From Protoeuglena noctilucae (taxonomy: Eukaryota), in NCBI GenBank assembly GCA_958009085.1, contig OY253683.1:186001-250000 (forward strand): DNA of 64,000 nt, read 5' to 3'. The notes beneath the pieces are model-generated. The model worked only from the letters and a program-made list of their open reading frames with translations, had not been told where the DNA came from and ran no database searches. Positions within the stretch are counted from its first letter, which is position 1; each line of letters opens with the position of its first letter. Position numbers and translations under genes: made by a program. This document shows, piece by piece, positions 63,646 through 64,000 of this stretch.

Positions 63646-64000
63646 CTCATACTCGGCCTATCTGGGGACGGGTCGAGGAATGCGGGCCTAGCTTGAGCCG
63701 CTCAGGCCCTTCAACGTTGCGCCAGATCTCGCAGTGCCGCTGAGTCATGGATTCGCGCCGCCCTGCGCAGGTGGGTGTGCCGACATCAGACAGTCTTGAA
63801 TGGCGTGTGCATGGCCGCTGAGAAGTTTTTGCGTGCACAACAAATTTGCTTGGACACACACTGAACGCACGTGGCGGTCCCTGGGGGCGTGACGGATCTC
63901 AGCAACCTCGCGGATCGCCCGTAGTTTCCAAGACGTCGCTCAGGCTGGCAGAGGAGGCCCTGAAAGATGGGGAAGCTCGCGGAGATTTTGAGCCATCCAC

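Noticed and set aside
1..64000. Alternative nuclear genetic code (TAA/TAG read as Gln, as in some ulvophytes)
   Set aside because: TAG terminates conserved proteins at expected positions (Cpn60-alpha, MetRS, FNT), and no in-frame TAR codons were needed inside conserved exons.
1..64000. Introner-like repeated introns or transposable elements
   Set aside because: By eye, introns share only splice signals. No shared intron bodies, terminal inverted repeats, transposase or reverse transcriptase motifs were seen. An all-against-all intron alignment would be needed to exclude this fully.

Overview
This is nuclear DNA from a very GC-rich, gene-dense, intron-rich eukaryote. The plastid-targeted Cpn60-alpha, RAF2, PPDK regulatory protein and ferredoxin-nitrite reductase point to a chlorophyte green alga; the exact species cannot be read from the sequence. 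Most entries in the ORF track are GC-driven artefacts or single exons, so genes were rebuilt by hand across GT/GC-AG introns. In order, the window holds: a 5'-truncated giant RING protein with an internally duplicated domain and an Ala/Glu-rich repeat; an ATRIP/SUV2-like protein; PPDK regulatory protein; Cpn60-alpha; a DUF985 cupin; RAF2; a DnaJ-type zinc-finger protein; cytosolic MetRS; a membrane-bound degenerate phosphodiesterase; an F-box protein spanning a 200-N gap; a HAD-IIA hydrolase; an ankyrin-RING ligase; a SAC3/THP3-family protein; MED25-like; nitrite reductase; a formate/nitrite (NAR1-type) channel; peroxisomal 2,4-dienoyl-CoA reductase; HTATIP2-like; a Ser/Thr kinase; TBCE; and an alpha-carbonic anhydrase. 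The top finding is that nitrite reductase has no stop codon before the downstream channel gene and appears to splice in frame (intron 51937-52060) into it, predicting one NiR-nitrite-channel fusion protein. The second is an unusually high use of GC-AG introns. No rRNA, tRNA, CRISPR array or recognisable transposon was seen. Exon boundaries are manual predictions.
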